32,000 nucleotides of DNA from Pasteurella multocida (GTDB lineage Bacteria > Pseudomonadota > Gammaproteobacteria > Enterobacterales > Pasteurellaceae), in NCBI RefSeq assembly GCF_900187275.1, contig NZ_LT906458.1, forward strand, positions 510,001-542,000, written 5' to 3'. This document shows positions 18,748-27,007 of the stretch, piece by piece. The notes under the pieces were generated by a model. It was not told where the DNA came from. It saw only the letters and a program-made list of their open reading frames with translations, and made no database searches. A program made the translations under genes and the position numbers. The number at the start of each line of letters is the position of its first letter. The first letter of the stretch is position 1.

Positions 18748-18906
18748 ATAAGGCCTCGCTTATTTAAGTCGTTAATGTTTTGACACCTTTCTAAAGATGA
18801 GTGGACAATCAATTTCTTGTTTATCCATGGCATAAGCGAACTTATTGCAGGCTTGTTACCATATCTTTTGACTTAGGTTCACAAGCTCGGCGTCAGTGAT
18901 GAATTT

Positions 18907-20022
18907 TTAATGACTAGCACCTGATATATCTTTACTGTTACGTTGTAAATAAATCGTGAGTGCTCTTACTTCTTCAGCCGTTAATGCAGTACGATCTTTC
19001 ATTGAATTAACGACGCCAATCCATTGATTCGCAGTATAGTGATCTGCTTCAATCACCGCATGGCAGCCACTACAATGAGTTTGATTTAATCGATTACCAA
19101 GTTGGTTGAGCCCAACTAAATCGGCAGTTAATTTATCTTGTGGTACAGTGATGTTAAGCATCACTTCTTTCCATTCAGAATCGGTGACTTCATCTTGGAT
19201 TGTTTTTGTAATCGTGAGCTGTTCTCTCGCTTCCTCTTCCAACAATGCCAAAATAATCCGCTTCCCAAGCGCCATATAGACAATGGATTCAGCGCCTACT
19301 TGTTGCCAGCCTTTGAGGGTTGCTGTAGTTTTTCCCTCGTCCGTTTTCCATTCAGTCAATGTGGCGTAAGGCATTAAACGTACTTCGCCTCCCTTTGTTG
19401 TTTGTGCGCTAGAAATCGTTTTTACATAGAGTGGTTGAGAATGATCTGTCGTTAAAACCGGTTTGTTTTCAGTTACTGTTGTTGGAGTGATTTCTTCGGG
19501 GATATCTGGTAAGAAATGGACAATGCCTTTATGACAATCAATACAGGTTTGTCCATCTGATTTAGCCAATTCATGCATGGTTTGTGCTGATTTTGATTGT
19601 AATGAAATTTCCATTGCATCTAAGCTATGGCAACTACGACAGGTTGCTGAATTTGTCGCTTTCATCTCATCCCAAACTTTTTTTGCCATTTCATAACGAT
19701 GTTTTTCGAAAGCGTCTCTATCTGGTATTTTTCCCTTTAGCTCGTACCATACGTCTTTTAATGCGAAGACTTTGGCTTTGACATAATGCCACCCTTCGGG
19801 AGGAACATGGCAATCAGCACAATTTGCGCGGATACCTTTTTGATTGGAAAAATGAACACTTGTCTCCCATTCTTCCTGTGGAAATTGCATTGAATGACAA
19901 CTTACACAGAATTCAGGTGAGCTAGTTTTATGCATCACATATTGCACTCCCAACAAAGTACCCGCACCCACAAGCATCAAAGCAAAAACTGTTAGGAGAG
20001 AATGTTTTTTTATTCTTGACAT
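18907..20022 (-). CDS. torY: Pentahaem c-type cytochrome, NapC/NirT family (TorY/MtsY), membrane anchored
   Basis: N-terminal TM helix plus five CxxCH motifs (CVSCH, CADCH, CRSCH, CIDCH, CSGCH). Start is placed at ATG 20022 (MSRIKKHS), preceded by GGAG. The track ORF starts 4 codons earlier at 20034. Confidence 0.9.
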   Translation of the reverse strand: MSRIKKHSLLTVFALMLVGAGTLLGVQYVMHKTSSPEFCVSCHSMQFPQEEWETSVHFSNQKGIRANCADCHVPPEGWHYVKAKVFALKDVWYELKGKIPDRDAFEKHRYEMAKKVWDEMKATNSATCRSCHSLDAMEISLQSKSAQTMHELAKSDGQTCIDCHKGIVHFLPDIPEEITPTTVTENKPVLTTDHSQPLYVKTISSAQTTKGGEVRLMPYATLTEWKTDEGKTTATLKGWQQVGAESIVYMALGKRIILALLEEEAREQLTITKTIQDEVTDSEWKEVMLNITVPQDKLTADLVGLNQLGNRLNQTHCSGCHAVIEADHYTANQWIGVVNSMKDRTALTAEEVRALTIYLQRNSKDISGASH

Positions 20023-20105
20023 AAGCCACTCCATGAATGGTTATATATTTATTTATATAGCAAGATGTTATAAAAACAGCAAAATTACCTAAAAAGAGTT
20101 ATCCT

Positions 20106-20111
20106 ATTGTA
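20106..20111 (-). promoter_or_regulatory. Candidate torYZ promoter -10 (TACAAT on the minus strand)
   Basis: Reverse complement of ATTGTA at 20106-20111. This places the FNR box centre near -40.5/-41.5. Confidence 0.5.
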
Positions 20112-20132
20112 GGTGCGTGGGCAGAATTATTT

Positions 20133-20146
20133 TTGATTTGAATCAA
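20133..20146. promoter_or_regulatory. FNR box, perfect consensus TTGAT-N4-ATCAA
   Basis: TTGATTTGAATCAA at 20133-20146, about 105-117 bp upstream of the torY start codon. Confidence 0.65.
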
Positions 20147-20275
20147 ATAGTTGAAGGAAAATGTAGTAAAAGTGCTTTTTTACTGAGTAAAAAGGTTTAT
20201 TTCTTATTGTTATATAAATTATTTTATAAAGCTTTGAGGTAGGTCGATGAAAGATTTTTGATTCTCGGGCAGATC

Positions 20276-20284
20276 TGATAGAAT
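20276..20284 (+). promoter_or_regulatory. Candidate thiI promoter, extended -10 (TGaTAGAAT)
   Basis: TG at 20276-20277 and TAGAAT at 20279-20284, about 40 nt upstream of the thiI ATG. Confidence 0.4.
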
Positions 20285-20322
20285 GCACCGCTTGTAACTT
20301 GAAGACAGAAAATAAATAAACT

Positions 20323-21765
20323 ATGAAATTTGTGATTAAACTGTTTCCCGGAATTATGATTAAAAGTGAATCGGTACGTAAACGATTCGTCAAGATCTTA
20401 ACTGGGAATATTCGTAATATTTTAACGAAACATGATGAGACCATTGCGGTGGTTCGTCATTGGGATTACATCGAAGTTCGTTCGAAAAAAGAAGAAAATC
20501 GACCGCACTTAATTGAATTATTAGGGCGTATTCCGGGCATTCATCACTTTTTAGAAGTAGATGAAAAGCCGTTTACAACGATGCACGATATTTTTGAACA
20601 GACTTTGCAAGATATTGGAACAAGTCTTGAGAACAAAACATTTTGTGTGCGGGTTAGACGAAAAGGCAAGCATACGTTTAATTCTTTGGATGTTGAACGT
20701 TATGTCGGTGGTGGCTTAAATCAACATATTCCGAGTGCCAAAGTACAACTGAGCAAACCAGATGTCACCGTGCGTATTGATATTGAAAATGACAACATGA
20801 TGTTGATAAAAGCACGCCATGTTGGCATTGGCGGTTATCCGATTGGGACGCAAGAAGATGTATTATCACTGATTTCAGGTGGCTTTGATTCCGGTGTATC
20901 AAGTTACATGCTGATTCGACGTGGTTCACGTGTGCATTATTGCTTCTTTAATCTTGGCGGTGCGGCACATGAAATTGGTGTGAAACAAATGGCATACCAT
21001 ATTTGGCAACGTTATAGTGCATCACACAAAGTCCGTTTTGTGGCAATCAATTTTGAAGGCGTGGTCGGCGAAATTTTGGAAAAAGTCGATAACGGGCAGA
21101 TGGGCGTTGTCTTAAAACGTATGATGGTGCGAGCGGCGAGCCGTATTGCCGAGCGTTTTGGGATTCAAGCGATCGTGACAGGCGAAGCACTTGGTCAAGT
21201 GTCGAGTCAAACCCTCACCAATTTACGCTTAATTGATGAGGCATCAGAGAGCTTAGTACTACGCCCATTAATCACCCACGATAAAGAACAGATTATCACA
21301 ATGGCGAAAGAAATTGGAACGGATGATATTGCTAAATCGATGCCCGAGTTTTGTGGTGTGATTTCGAAAAATCCAACGGTGAAAGCAATTAAAGCGAAGA
21401 TTGAGCAAGAAGAACGTCATTTTGATTTTGCTGTATTAGAAAGTGCGGTGCAAAATGCACAATATTTAGATATTCGTCAGATTGCCGAACAGACTGAAAA
21501 AGAAGTAGTTGCAGTAGATACGGTCGCTGTTTTGAGTGCGCAAGATGTGATTTTGGATATTCGTAGTCCAGAAGAAACGGATGAAAAGCCACTCAATATG
21601 GAAAATGTGCAATTAATGCCATTTTATAAATTATCTTCACAATTTGCCAATTTGGATCAGAGTAAGAATTACCTTTTATATTGTGAGCGTGGTGTAATGA
21701 GCAAATTACAAGCCCTATATCTAAAAGAACAAGGATTTTCTAATGTGAAGGTTTTCCGTCAATAG
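20323..21765 (+). CDS. thiI: tRNA 4-thiouridine(8) synthase / thiazole sulfur carrier ThiI, with C-terminal rhodanese domain
   Basis: 480-aa [37 protein letters not shown] aligns with the E. coli ThiI N-terminus. It has the PP-loop SGGFDSGV and a rhodanese-like C-terminus with an active-site Cys (LLYCERGV). Confidence 0.95.
   Translation: MKFVIKLFPGIMIKSESVRKRFVKILTGNIRNILTKHDETIAVVRHWDYIEVRSKKEENRPHLIELLGRIPGIHHFLEVDEKPFTTMHDIFEQTLQDIGTSLENKTFCVRVRRKGKHTFNSLDVERYVGGGLNQHIPSAKVQLSKPDVTVRIDIENDNMMLIKARHVGIGGYPIGTQEDVLSLISGGFDSGVSSYMLIRRGSRVHYCFFNLGGAAHEIGVKQMAYHIWQRYSASHKVRFVAINFEGVVGEILEKVDNGQMGVVLKRMMVRAASRIAERFGIQAIVTGEALGQVSSQTLTNLRLIDEASESLVLRPLITHDKEQIITMAKEIGTDDIAKSMPEFCGVISKNPTVKAIKAKIEQEERHFDFAVLESAVQNAQYLDIRQIAEQTEKEVVAVDTVAVLSAQDVILDIRSPEETDEKPLNMENVQLMPFYKLSSQFANLDQSKNYLLYCERGVMSKLQALYLKEQGFSNVKVFRQ
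20502..20510 (-). repeat. Uptake signal sequence core (ACCGCACTT on the plus strand)
   Basis: Exact 9-mer inside thiI. Confidence 0.9.
21441..21449 (+). repeat. Uptake signal sequence core AAGTGCGGT
   Basis: Exact 9-mer inside thiI. Confidence 0.9.
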
Positions 21766-21775
21766 GGGAAAAAGG

Positions 21776-21796
21776 TGCCGAGCAGTTTACTCGGCA
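21776..21796. terminator. Terminator shared by convergent thiI and yciU-family genes
   Basis: TGCCGAG (21776-21782) pairs with CTCGGCA (21790-21796) around a 7-nt loop. An A-run upstream gives a good T-tract for the minus-strand gene; the T-tract on the plus strand is weaker. Confidence 0.7.
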
Positions 21797-21804
21797 TGTT
21801 TCAC

Positions 21805-22125
21805 TTATTTTTTCCAAACGACGTGGAATTCACGATCTTCTTCACGATGAGAAATTAAGAATTTAGCAAAAATATCGTCCATTTCATCTTGTTCATTCAC
21901 TAAGCCAATCCAGACTTCTGCATATTCTTCCGGATCAATTAAAACCCCAATTTCCATCTCCCAATCATCCGCGGTTTCGACAAACTCGACACCTCCGCGC
22001 TCTTCAAACTGGAGATTAAACAGCAAAATATCAGCAGGATCGAGGTGTTCTGGCGCCATTTCAAGGAAGATATCATAAGCAAGGTCAATGGCAACATCGG
22101 GATCTAATTTTGTTATCTCTGTCAT
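21805..22125 (-). CDS. yciU: Putative double-stranded DNA mimic protein, YciU/HI1450 family (UPF0263)
   Basis: 106-aa ORF, nearly collinear with H. influenzae HI1450 as recalled ([17 protein letters not shown]...[29 protein letters not shown]). By my count 30 of 106 residues are Asp/Glu. Confidence 0.9.
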   Translation of the reverse strand: MTEITKLDPDVAIDLAYDIFLEMAPEHLDPADILLFNLQFEERGGVEFVETADDWEMEIGVLIDPEEYAEVWIGLVNEQDEMDDIFAKFLISHREEDREFHVVWKK

Positions 22126-22331
22126 TCTTTATTCCTTTAAGCATGTAATCAAAAATGCATCATAACATGAATTGGGATAAACATTAGGACAATTCAGCCA
22201 GTTTGTTGCTTTCTTTTTTCATGTGATTTTGTGTAAGAAGGTGAGTTTGATATCGTCTAATGGTCATATCCATTAAATTAAAAAAACAGAAAAAGAAAGA
22301 CCGAATTACTTGTCTTTATTGGGGGAATACT

Positions 22332-23291
22332 ATGCATAAATTAAACGAAAATGATGTCACACCGGAACATATCTTTTTCGAACGTCGTAAAATCATTCAA
22401 AGTATGGGATTAATGGGGGCGGCTTCATTATTGCCACGTTTCTCATTGGCTGCGGAGAAACAAGATTCTCGTCAAGCCTTACATTTTGCGAAAGATCAAA
22501 ATCCGCAAAACTTGCTGTTGACGCCTGAAAATAAGGTGATCGGTTATAACAATTTTTATGAATTTGGGGTGGATAAAGCTTCTCCAGCCAAATATGCCTC
22601 TGCATTAAAAACGGAGCCTTGGACGTTGCGCATTGAAGGCGAAGTCGAAAAACCGATGACGTTTGATGTGCATCAGTTAATGCAGCAGCTACCATTGGAA
22701 GAGCGTATCTACCGTTTTCGTTGTGTTGAAGCCTGGTCGATGGTGATTCCTTGGATTGGTTTTGAACTGAATAAGTTATTGGCGTTAGTTCAGCCAACCA
22801 GTCAGGCGAAATATGTCGAATTTGAAACCTTGTATGATCCAGACAGTATGCCGGGACAAAAAAATCACTTTTTTGGTGGTGGCTTGATTTATCCTTATGT
22901 AGAAGGGTTAACAATGGCAGAAGCTATGCATCCTTTAACGTTATTATCAGTGGGACTGTATGGCAAAACGTTAGCCCCTCAGAATGGTGCCCCGATTCGT
23001 TTAGTCATCCCTTGGAAATATGGCTTTAAGAATATTAAATCCATCGTGAAGATTACGCTTAAATCTGAACAACCGATGACAACCTGGCATCACGCGGCTC
23101 CACATGAGTATGGTTTTTATGCTAATGTGAATCCCGAAGTGGATCATCCACGTTGGTCACAAGCAAGTGAGCGCGTGATTGGTTCTGGTGGCTTATTGAG
23201 CGTGAAACGTCAGCCAACATTGCTGTTTAATGGTTATGCTGAACAGGTAGCACATTTATATCAAGATTTGGATTTAAGGACTTATTTCTGA
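22332..23291 (+). CDS. msrP: Protein-methionine-sulfoxide reductase catalytic subunit MsrP (YedY), periplasmic molybdoenzyme
   Basis: Tat-type signal ([18 protein letters not shown]) and YedY signatures ([39 protein letters not shown]). Start is placed at ATG 22332; the track ORF extends 24 codons upstream to 22260. Confidence 0.92.
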   Translation: MHKLNENDVTPEHIFFERRKIIQSMGLMGAASLLPRFSLAAEKQDSRQALHFAKDQNPQNLLLTPENKVIGYNNFYEFGVDKASPAKYASALKTEPWTLRIEGEVEKPMTFDVHQLMQQLPLEERIYRFRCVEAWSMVIPWIGFELNKLLALVQPTSQAKYVEFETLYDPDSMPGQKNHFFGGGLIYPYVEGLTMAEAMHPLTLLSVGLYGKTLAPQNGAPIRLVIPWKYGFKNIKSIVKITLKSEQPMTTWHHAAPHEYGFYANVNPEVDHPRWSQASERVIGSGGLLSVKRQPTLLFNGYAEQVAHLYQDLDLRTYF

Positions 23292-23911
23292 TGTTAAGTT
23301 TGTTCAGAATTATCATTCATGTGTGTTGTTTAGGTCCACTTGCTTGGCTAGCTTGGGTTTTGCTCAGTGGTGATGAAAGCCAGCTCGGTGCAGACCCAAT
23401 TAAAGAAATTCAACATTTTTTAGGCTTTAGTGCGCTCACTATTTTGTTGATCATGTTCATCTTGGGCAAGGTGTTCTATTTATTAAAACAGCCACAACTT
23501 CAAGTGCTACGTCGTGCATTAGGCTTATGGGCATGGTTTTATGTTGTCTTACATGTTTATGCTTATTTGGCGTTAGAGTTAGGCTATGACTTTTCCTTAT
23601 TTGTGCAAGAGTTAGTAAACAGAGGTTATCTGATTATTGGGGCTATTGCCTTTTTGATTTTGACCTTGATGGCGCTCAGTTCATGGTCTTATTTAAAACT
23701 GAAAATGGGCAAATGGTGGTTTTACCTGCATCAATTAGGCTATTATGCGTTGCTTTTGGGGGCAATCCATTACGTTTGGTCGGTCAAAAATGTGACATTT
23801 TCTTCTATGTTATATTTGATTTTGTCTGTCATGATACTATGTGACGCCTTATACGGTTTGTTCATAAAAAGAAAAGGACGAGGCACAAGCGCTCATACTG
23901 GAAAAGATTGA
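23291..23911 (+). CDS. msrQ: Protein-methionine-sulfoxide reductase haem-binding membrane subunit MsrQ (YedZ)
   Basis: 206-aa polytopic membrane ORF of the ferric-reductase-like YedZ type, with conserved His in the TM helices. Its ATG overlaps the msrP TGA by 1 nt. Confidence 0.9.
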   Translation: MLSLFRIIIHVCCLGPLAWLAWVLLSGDESQLGADPIKEIQHFLGFSALTILLIMFILGKVFYLLKQPQLQVLRRALGLWAWFYVVLHVYAYLALELGYDFSLFVQELVNRGYLIIGAIAFLILTLMALSSWSYLKLKMGKWWFYLHQLGYYALLLGAIHYVWSVKNVTFSSMLYLILSVMILCDALYGLFIKRKGRGTSAHTGKD

Positions 23912-23918
23912 TCTACGA

Positions 23919-23951
23919 AATAAGTGCGGTAGAATATCGCACTTATTTTTT
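23919..23951 (+). terminator. USS-containing hairpin plus T-run after msrQ
   Basis: AATAAGTGCG (23919-23928) pairs with CGCACTTATT (23938-23947) around a 9-nt loop, then TTTT. It contains a perfect USS core at 23922-23930. It ends only about 31 nt before the ycgN ATG, so it may be leaky. Confidence 0.6.
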
Positions 23952-23981
23952 ATGATCTGTTTTAGAGTGTGTCACGAATTG

Positions 23982-24428
23982 ATGAAGTCGTCAATTGAAC
24001 CTGATTTTTGGAAACATAAAACCTTACTTGAAATGACCGACGCAGAGTGGGAAGCACTCTGTGATGGTTGTGGTAAATGTTGTTATCGAAAATTCATTGA
24101 GGGGCATGGTAAACGTAAGAAACTGTATTACACTCGCATTGCATGTAATCTTTTAGACTTAGAAACGGGAAGATGCACTAATTATGCAAAACGTTTTCAG
24201 TTAGAAACTGATTGTACGAAACTAACTAAGAAAAATTTACCCGATTTTCATTGGCTTCCCCCGACGTGTGCTTATCGTTTATTAAATGAAAATAAACCGC
24301 TCTTTGACTGGCATCCGCTGATTTCTGGTGATCCTCATTCTGTAAAAAAAGCCAATATTTTGATTAAACAGGGTATTCATGAAAAAGATGTCATTGATTG
24401 GTTTGAGTTTGTCGTTGATGGACATTAA
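23982..24428 (+). CDS. ycgN: YcgN-family Cys-rich protein (UPF0260), function unknown
   Basis: FWKHKTLLEMTDAEWEALCDGCGKCCYRKF aligns with E. coli YcgN ([26 protein letters not shown]). Start is placed at ATG 23982 by alignment. The track start at 23952 abuts the terminator T-run. Confidence 0.85.
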   Translation: MKSSIEPDFWKHKTLLEMTDAEWEALCDGCGKCCYRKFIEGHGKRKKLYYTRIACNLLDLETGRCTNYAKRFQLETDCTKLTKKNLPDFHWLPPTCAYRLLNENKPLFDWHPLISGDPHSVKKANILIKQGIHEKDVIDWFEFVVDGH

Positions 24429-24598
24429 AACCTGTTTATTTCTATTCGCGATTATCGCCGGGAGAGTCAGGAGCTCAATAAGCAGACGAGCTAGAGATGG
24501 CGACTTATTAGAAAACCAGTAGATATAGGTTAGTCCAGTCACAAAATACGTTGATATGTCCTCTTGATGAGGGGATTTATTTTCCCTTATCGGCGTAA

Positions 24599-24615
24599 AA
24601 TCACGTTATGTGATT
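24599..24615. promoter_or_regulatory. 17-bp palindrome AATCAC-N5-GTGATT, a possible operator
   Basis: Perfect 6-bp arms at 24599-24604 and 24610-24615 in the long ycgN-malQ intergenic region. No regulator family can be assigned. Confidence 0.2.
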
Positions 24616-24818
24616 AAAAAACGTGTCAATACCAAAAATATTTGCGCTGTATTTATCACCCTGTCACATTTGATTTTTGAACCATAACCTTTGCACTCAA
24701 ACCCACTTTTCTGATGTGGATTTTTTATGCACAATTCGGTCCTCAAAATTAGCTTAACACCTTGCAAATCCTGAAAATAAATTATCTTGACGAAGATCAC
24801 TAATTTAAATAAAAGTCA

Positions 24819-24846
24819 TTGCCTTTGTAGGTTGCTTGGATAGAAT
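24819..24846 (+). promoter_or_regulatory. Candidate glycogen-operon promoter (TTGCCT-16-TAGAAT)
   Basis: The -35-like TTGCCT is at 24819-24824 and TAGAAT at 24841-24846, about 37 nt upstream of the malQ ATG. Confidence 0.35.
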
Positions 24847-24882
24847 AACTATTAATCATTAGTCTAGTTTAGGTTGTTATTA

Positions 24883-26976
24883 ATGGATATTGCATACATC
24901 CGGCGGGAGGCTGAAAAGCAAGGCATTGCGCCCTCTCATTATGACATTAATGGGAATTTGATTTACGCCAGCCAAGAGACGTTAACTTATTTTACGGATT
25001 TATTGAAATCTTCGTCAGCCACATCAGAGGCACAATTACATTTTGATGATGTTGTCGTGTTTCTTGAAAATGAACCGATTCAGTATGCATTAACGCGTCT
25101 TCCTGTGGTTAACCAAACGCCACTGTCTTGCCAAATCATGGATGAAGCGGGTAAACATATTCTGACTCAATCCTGTATTGAGCGTGACGTTATCACCTTA
25201 CCTGCACTTGAGTTTGGTTATTATCATCTGCGGATCACTTATGAAAATCACGCTTATTCTGTCCGTTTATTGATCAGTCCTAAAACAGCGTATCAACCCC
25301 CTGTGTTACAGCAAAGAAAAGCATGGGGATTGAACGTTCAATTATATAGCTTACGCTCGAAGCAGAATTGGGGAATTGGGGATTTTGCAGACCTAGCGTA
25401 TTTAGTTGAACAGGCGACGAAGTATGGCGTGGATTTTATAGGCATTAATCCGTTGCATTTGATGTATAGTGCGGTACCAGAATGGGCGAGCCCTTATAGC
25501 TCATCTTCTCGTCGTTGGTTGAACCCTATTTATTTATCTGTGACCACATTGCCAGAATTTAAATGCTGTAAAAGCGTGCAGCATTGGTTTGCTTCCGACG
25601 AGATTCAAGACTTGCTTGAGCAGTTACAAGCAACAGAATTAGTGGATTATGCACAAGTTATGTGGTTAAAGCAGAATGCACTTGAACAATTGTTTGCTTT
25701 CTCAAAGCGCAGTCAATCGACTTCTATCATTCAACGCCGTCAAGCCTTTTTGCAATTCATGCAACAGCAAGGTGAACCGTTATTGTTACAAGGCTTATTT
25801 GAAGTATTAGACCGTCAATCGCACTCAAATATGCCAACAGAAAAAGAGATTGGCTGGCTAGGTTGGCGTCGTGAATGGCAACAGTTAAGCCCAGCAAAAC
25901 GCCAAACGTTACTCAAAACGCATCAAGCAGAGATTGAGTTTTACGCTTGGTTACAATGGTTAGCGACAGAACAATTAACGGATATTCAAGCATTGTGTCA
26001 TCGCCTCGGCATGAATTTGGGGATTTATGGTGATTTGGCAGTTAATAGTTCACGCGGTAGTGCGGATGTGTGGACTGATCCCGAATTGTACTTTGTGAAT
26101 GCCTCCGTAGGGGCGCCGCCGGATCCTTTAGGACCCGTTGGGCAAAACTGGAACTTACCCCCTTATAATCCTGCGATCTTAACCCGCCGTGGTTTTCAAC
26201 CTTTTATTGATATGTTGCGCAGTAATATGCAGCATTTTGGGATCTTGCGTATTGACCATGTGATGGGGTTATTCCGTTTATGGTTGATTCCCGAAGAAAA
26301 AAGCGCAGCCGATGGTGTGTATGTTCATTATCCCTTTGATGCGTTAATGGCGATTTTAACGATAGAAAGCCAACGCAATCGTTGCTTGATTGTAGGGGAA
26401 GACTTGGGCACTGTCCCAGATGAAGTGCGGTCAAAATTAAATCAGTTACACATTTTTTCTTACTTTGTCTTATATTTTGAGCAACGTAATCGTCAATATC
26501 CCGCAAGTGAACAATTTCCAGTGAAAGCTTTTGCTACCATTGGCACGCATGACGTACCGTCGTTACAAAGTTTCTGGCACTGTGTTGATTTACAACTTTT
26601 TAATCAACTCGGCATTCTAGACGGTGAGATCTTGCAACAAAAATATGAACAACGCGTGATTGATAAACAAGCATTATTGGACACGTTGCATCGTGATGGC
26701 TATTTGCCCCCTCATTATGAAGGAAATGCCTTATCAATGGCGATGCATGCTCATCTTAACTATGTGTTACACCAATATTTAGCCAGAAGTTGTACTCAAT
26801 TGATTGGGGTACAACTGGAAAATGTATTAAGCCAAGAAATTTCATTTAATTTACCCGGTACTGATAGGGAATATCCAAACTGGCGTAAAAAGCTCGCATG
26901 TACACTTGAACAAATGTTTAGTGATAAGCATATCACCGCGTTTTTAAGCGCGATTGATCAAGCTCGTCATGCATGA
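24883..26976 (+). CDS. malQ: 4-alpha-glucanotransferase (amylomaltase)
   Basis: 697 aa from ATG 24883 (the track start is TTG 24874). GH77 signatures (GINPLH, LRIDHVMGLFRLW, VGEDLGTVP, GTHD) and a length like E. coli MalQ. Confidence 0.93.
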   Translation: MDIAYIRREAEKQGIAPSHYDINGNLIYASQETLTYFTDLLKSSSATSEAQLHFDDVVVFLENEPIQYALTRLPVVNQTPLSCQIMDEAGKHILTQSCIERDVITLPALEFGYYHLRITYENHAYSVRLLISPKTAYQPPVLQQRKAWGLNVQLYSLRSKQNWGIGDFADLAYLVEQATKYGVDFIGINPLHLMYSAVPEWASPYSSSSRRWLNPIYLSVTTLPEFKCCKSVQHWFASDEIQDLLEQLQATELVDYAQVMWLKQNALEQLFAFSKRSQSTSIIQRRQAFLQFMQQQGEPLLLQGLFEVLDRQSHSNMPTEKEIGWLGWRREWQQLSPAKRQTLLKTHQAEIEFYAWLQWLATEQLTDIQALCHRLGMNLGIYGDLAVNSSRGSADVWTDPELYFVNASVGAPPDPLGPVGQNWNLPPYNPAILTRRGFQPFIDMLRSNMQHFGILRIDHVMGLFRLWLIPEEKSAADGVYVHYPFDALMAILTIESQRNRCLIVGEDLGTVPDEVRSKLNQLHIFSYFVLYFEQRNRQYPASEQFPVKAFATIGTHDVPSLQSFWHCVDLQLFNQLGILDGEILQQKYEQRVIDKQALLDTLHRDGYLPPHYEGNALSMAMHAHLNYVLHQYLARSCTQLIGVQLENVLSQEISFNLPGTDREYPNWRKKLACTLEQMFSDKHITAFLSAIDQARHA
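26423..26431 (+). repeat. Uptake signal sequence core AAGTGCGGT
   Basis: Exact 9-mer inside malQ. Confidence 0.9.
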
Positions 26977-27007
26977 ATTTAGTTAAAGTCGAATTTGAGG
27001 ATTTGTT

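Noticed and set aside
20035-20322. Possible Moco riboswitch upstream of torY, also checked upstream of msrP at 22126-22331
   Set aside because: No GC-rich conserved Moco-motif core or extended helices are present. Both regions are AT-rich and more simply explained by promoters and the FNR box.
22393-22914. 173-aa ORF on the minus strand
   Set aside because: It lies entirely antisense within msrP, whose product has strong family signatures. The antisense translation is low-complexity with no recognisable motif, start context or RBS.
24429-24882. CRP site (TGTGA-N6-TCACA) for the glycogen operon
   Set aside because: Only isolated half-sites are present (TGTGA at 24609-24613, TCACA at 24664-24668). 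No pair has correct spacing, and the ATCAC-N5-GTGAT palindrome has the wrong polarity and spacing for CRP.
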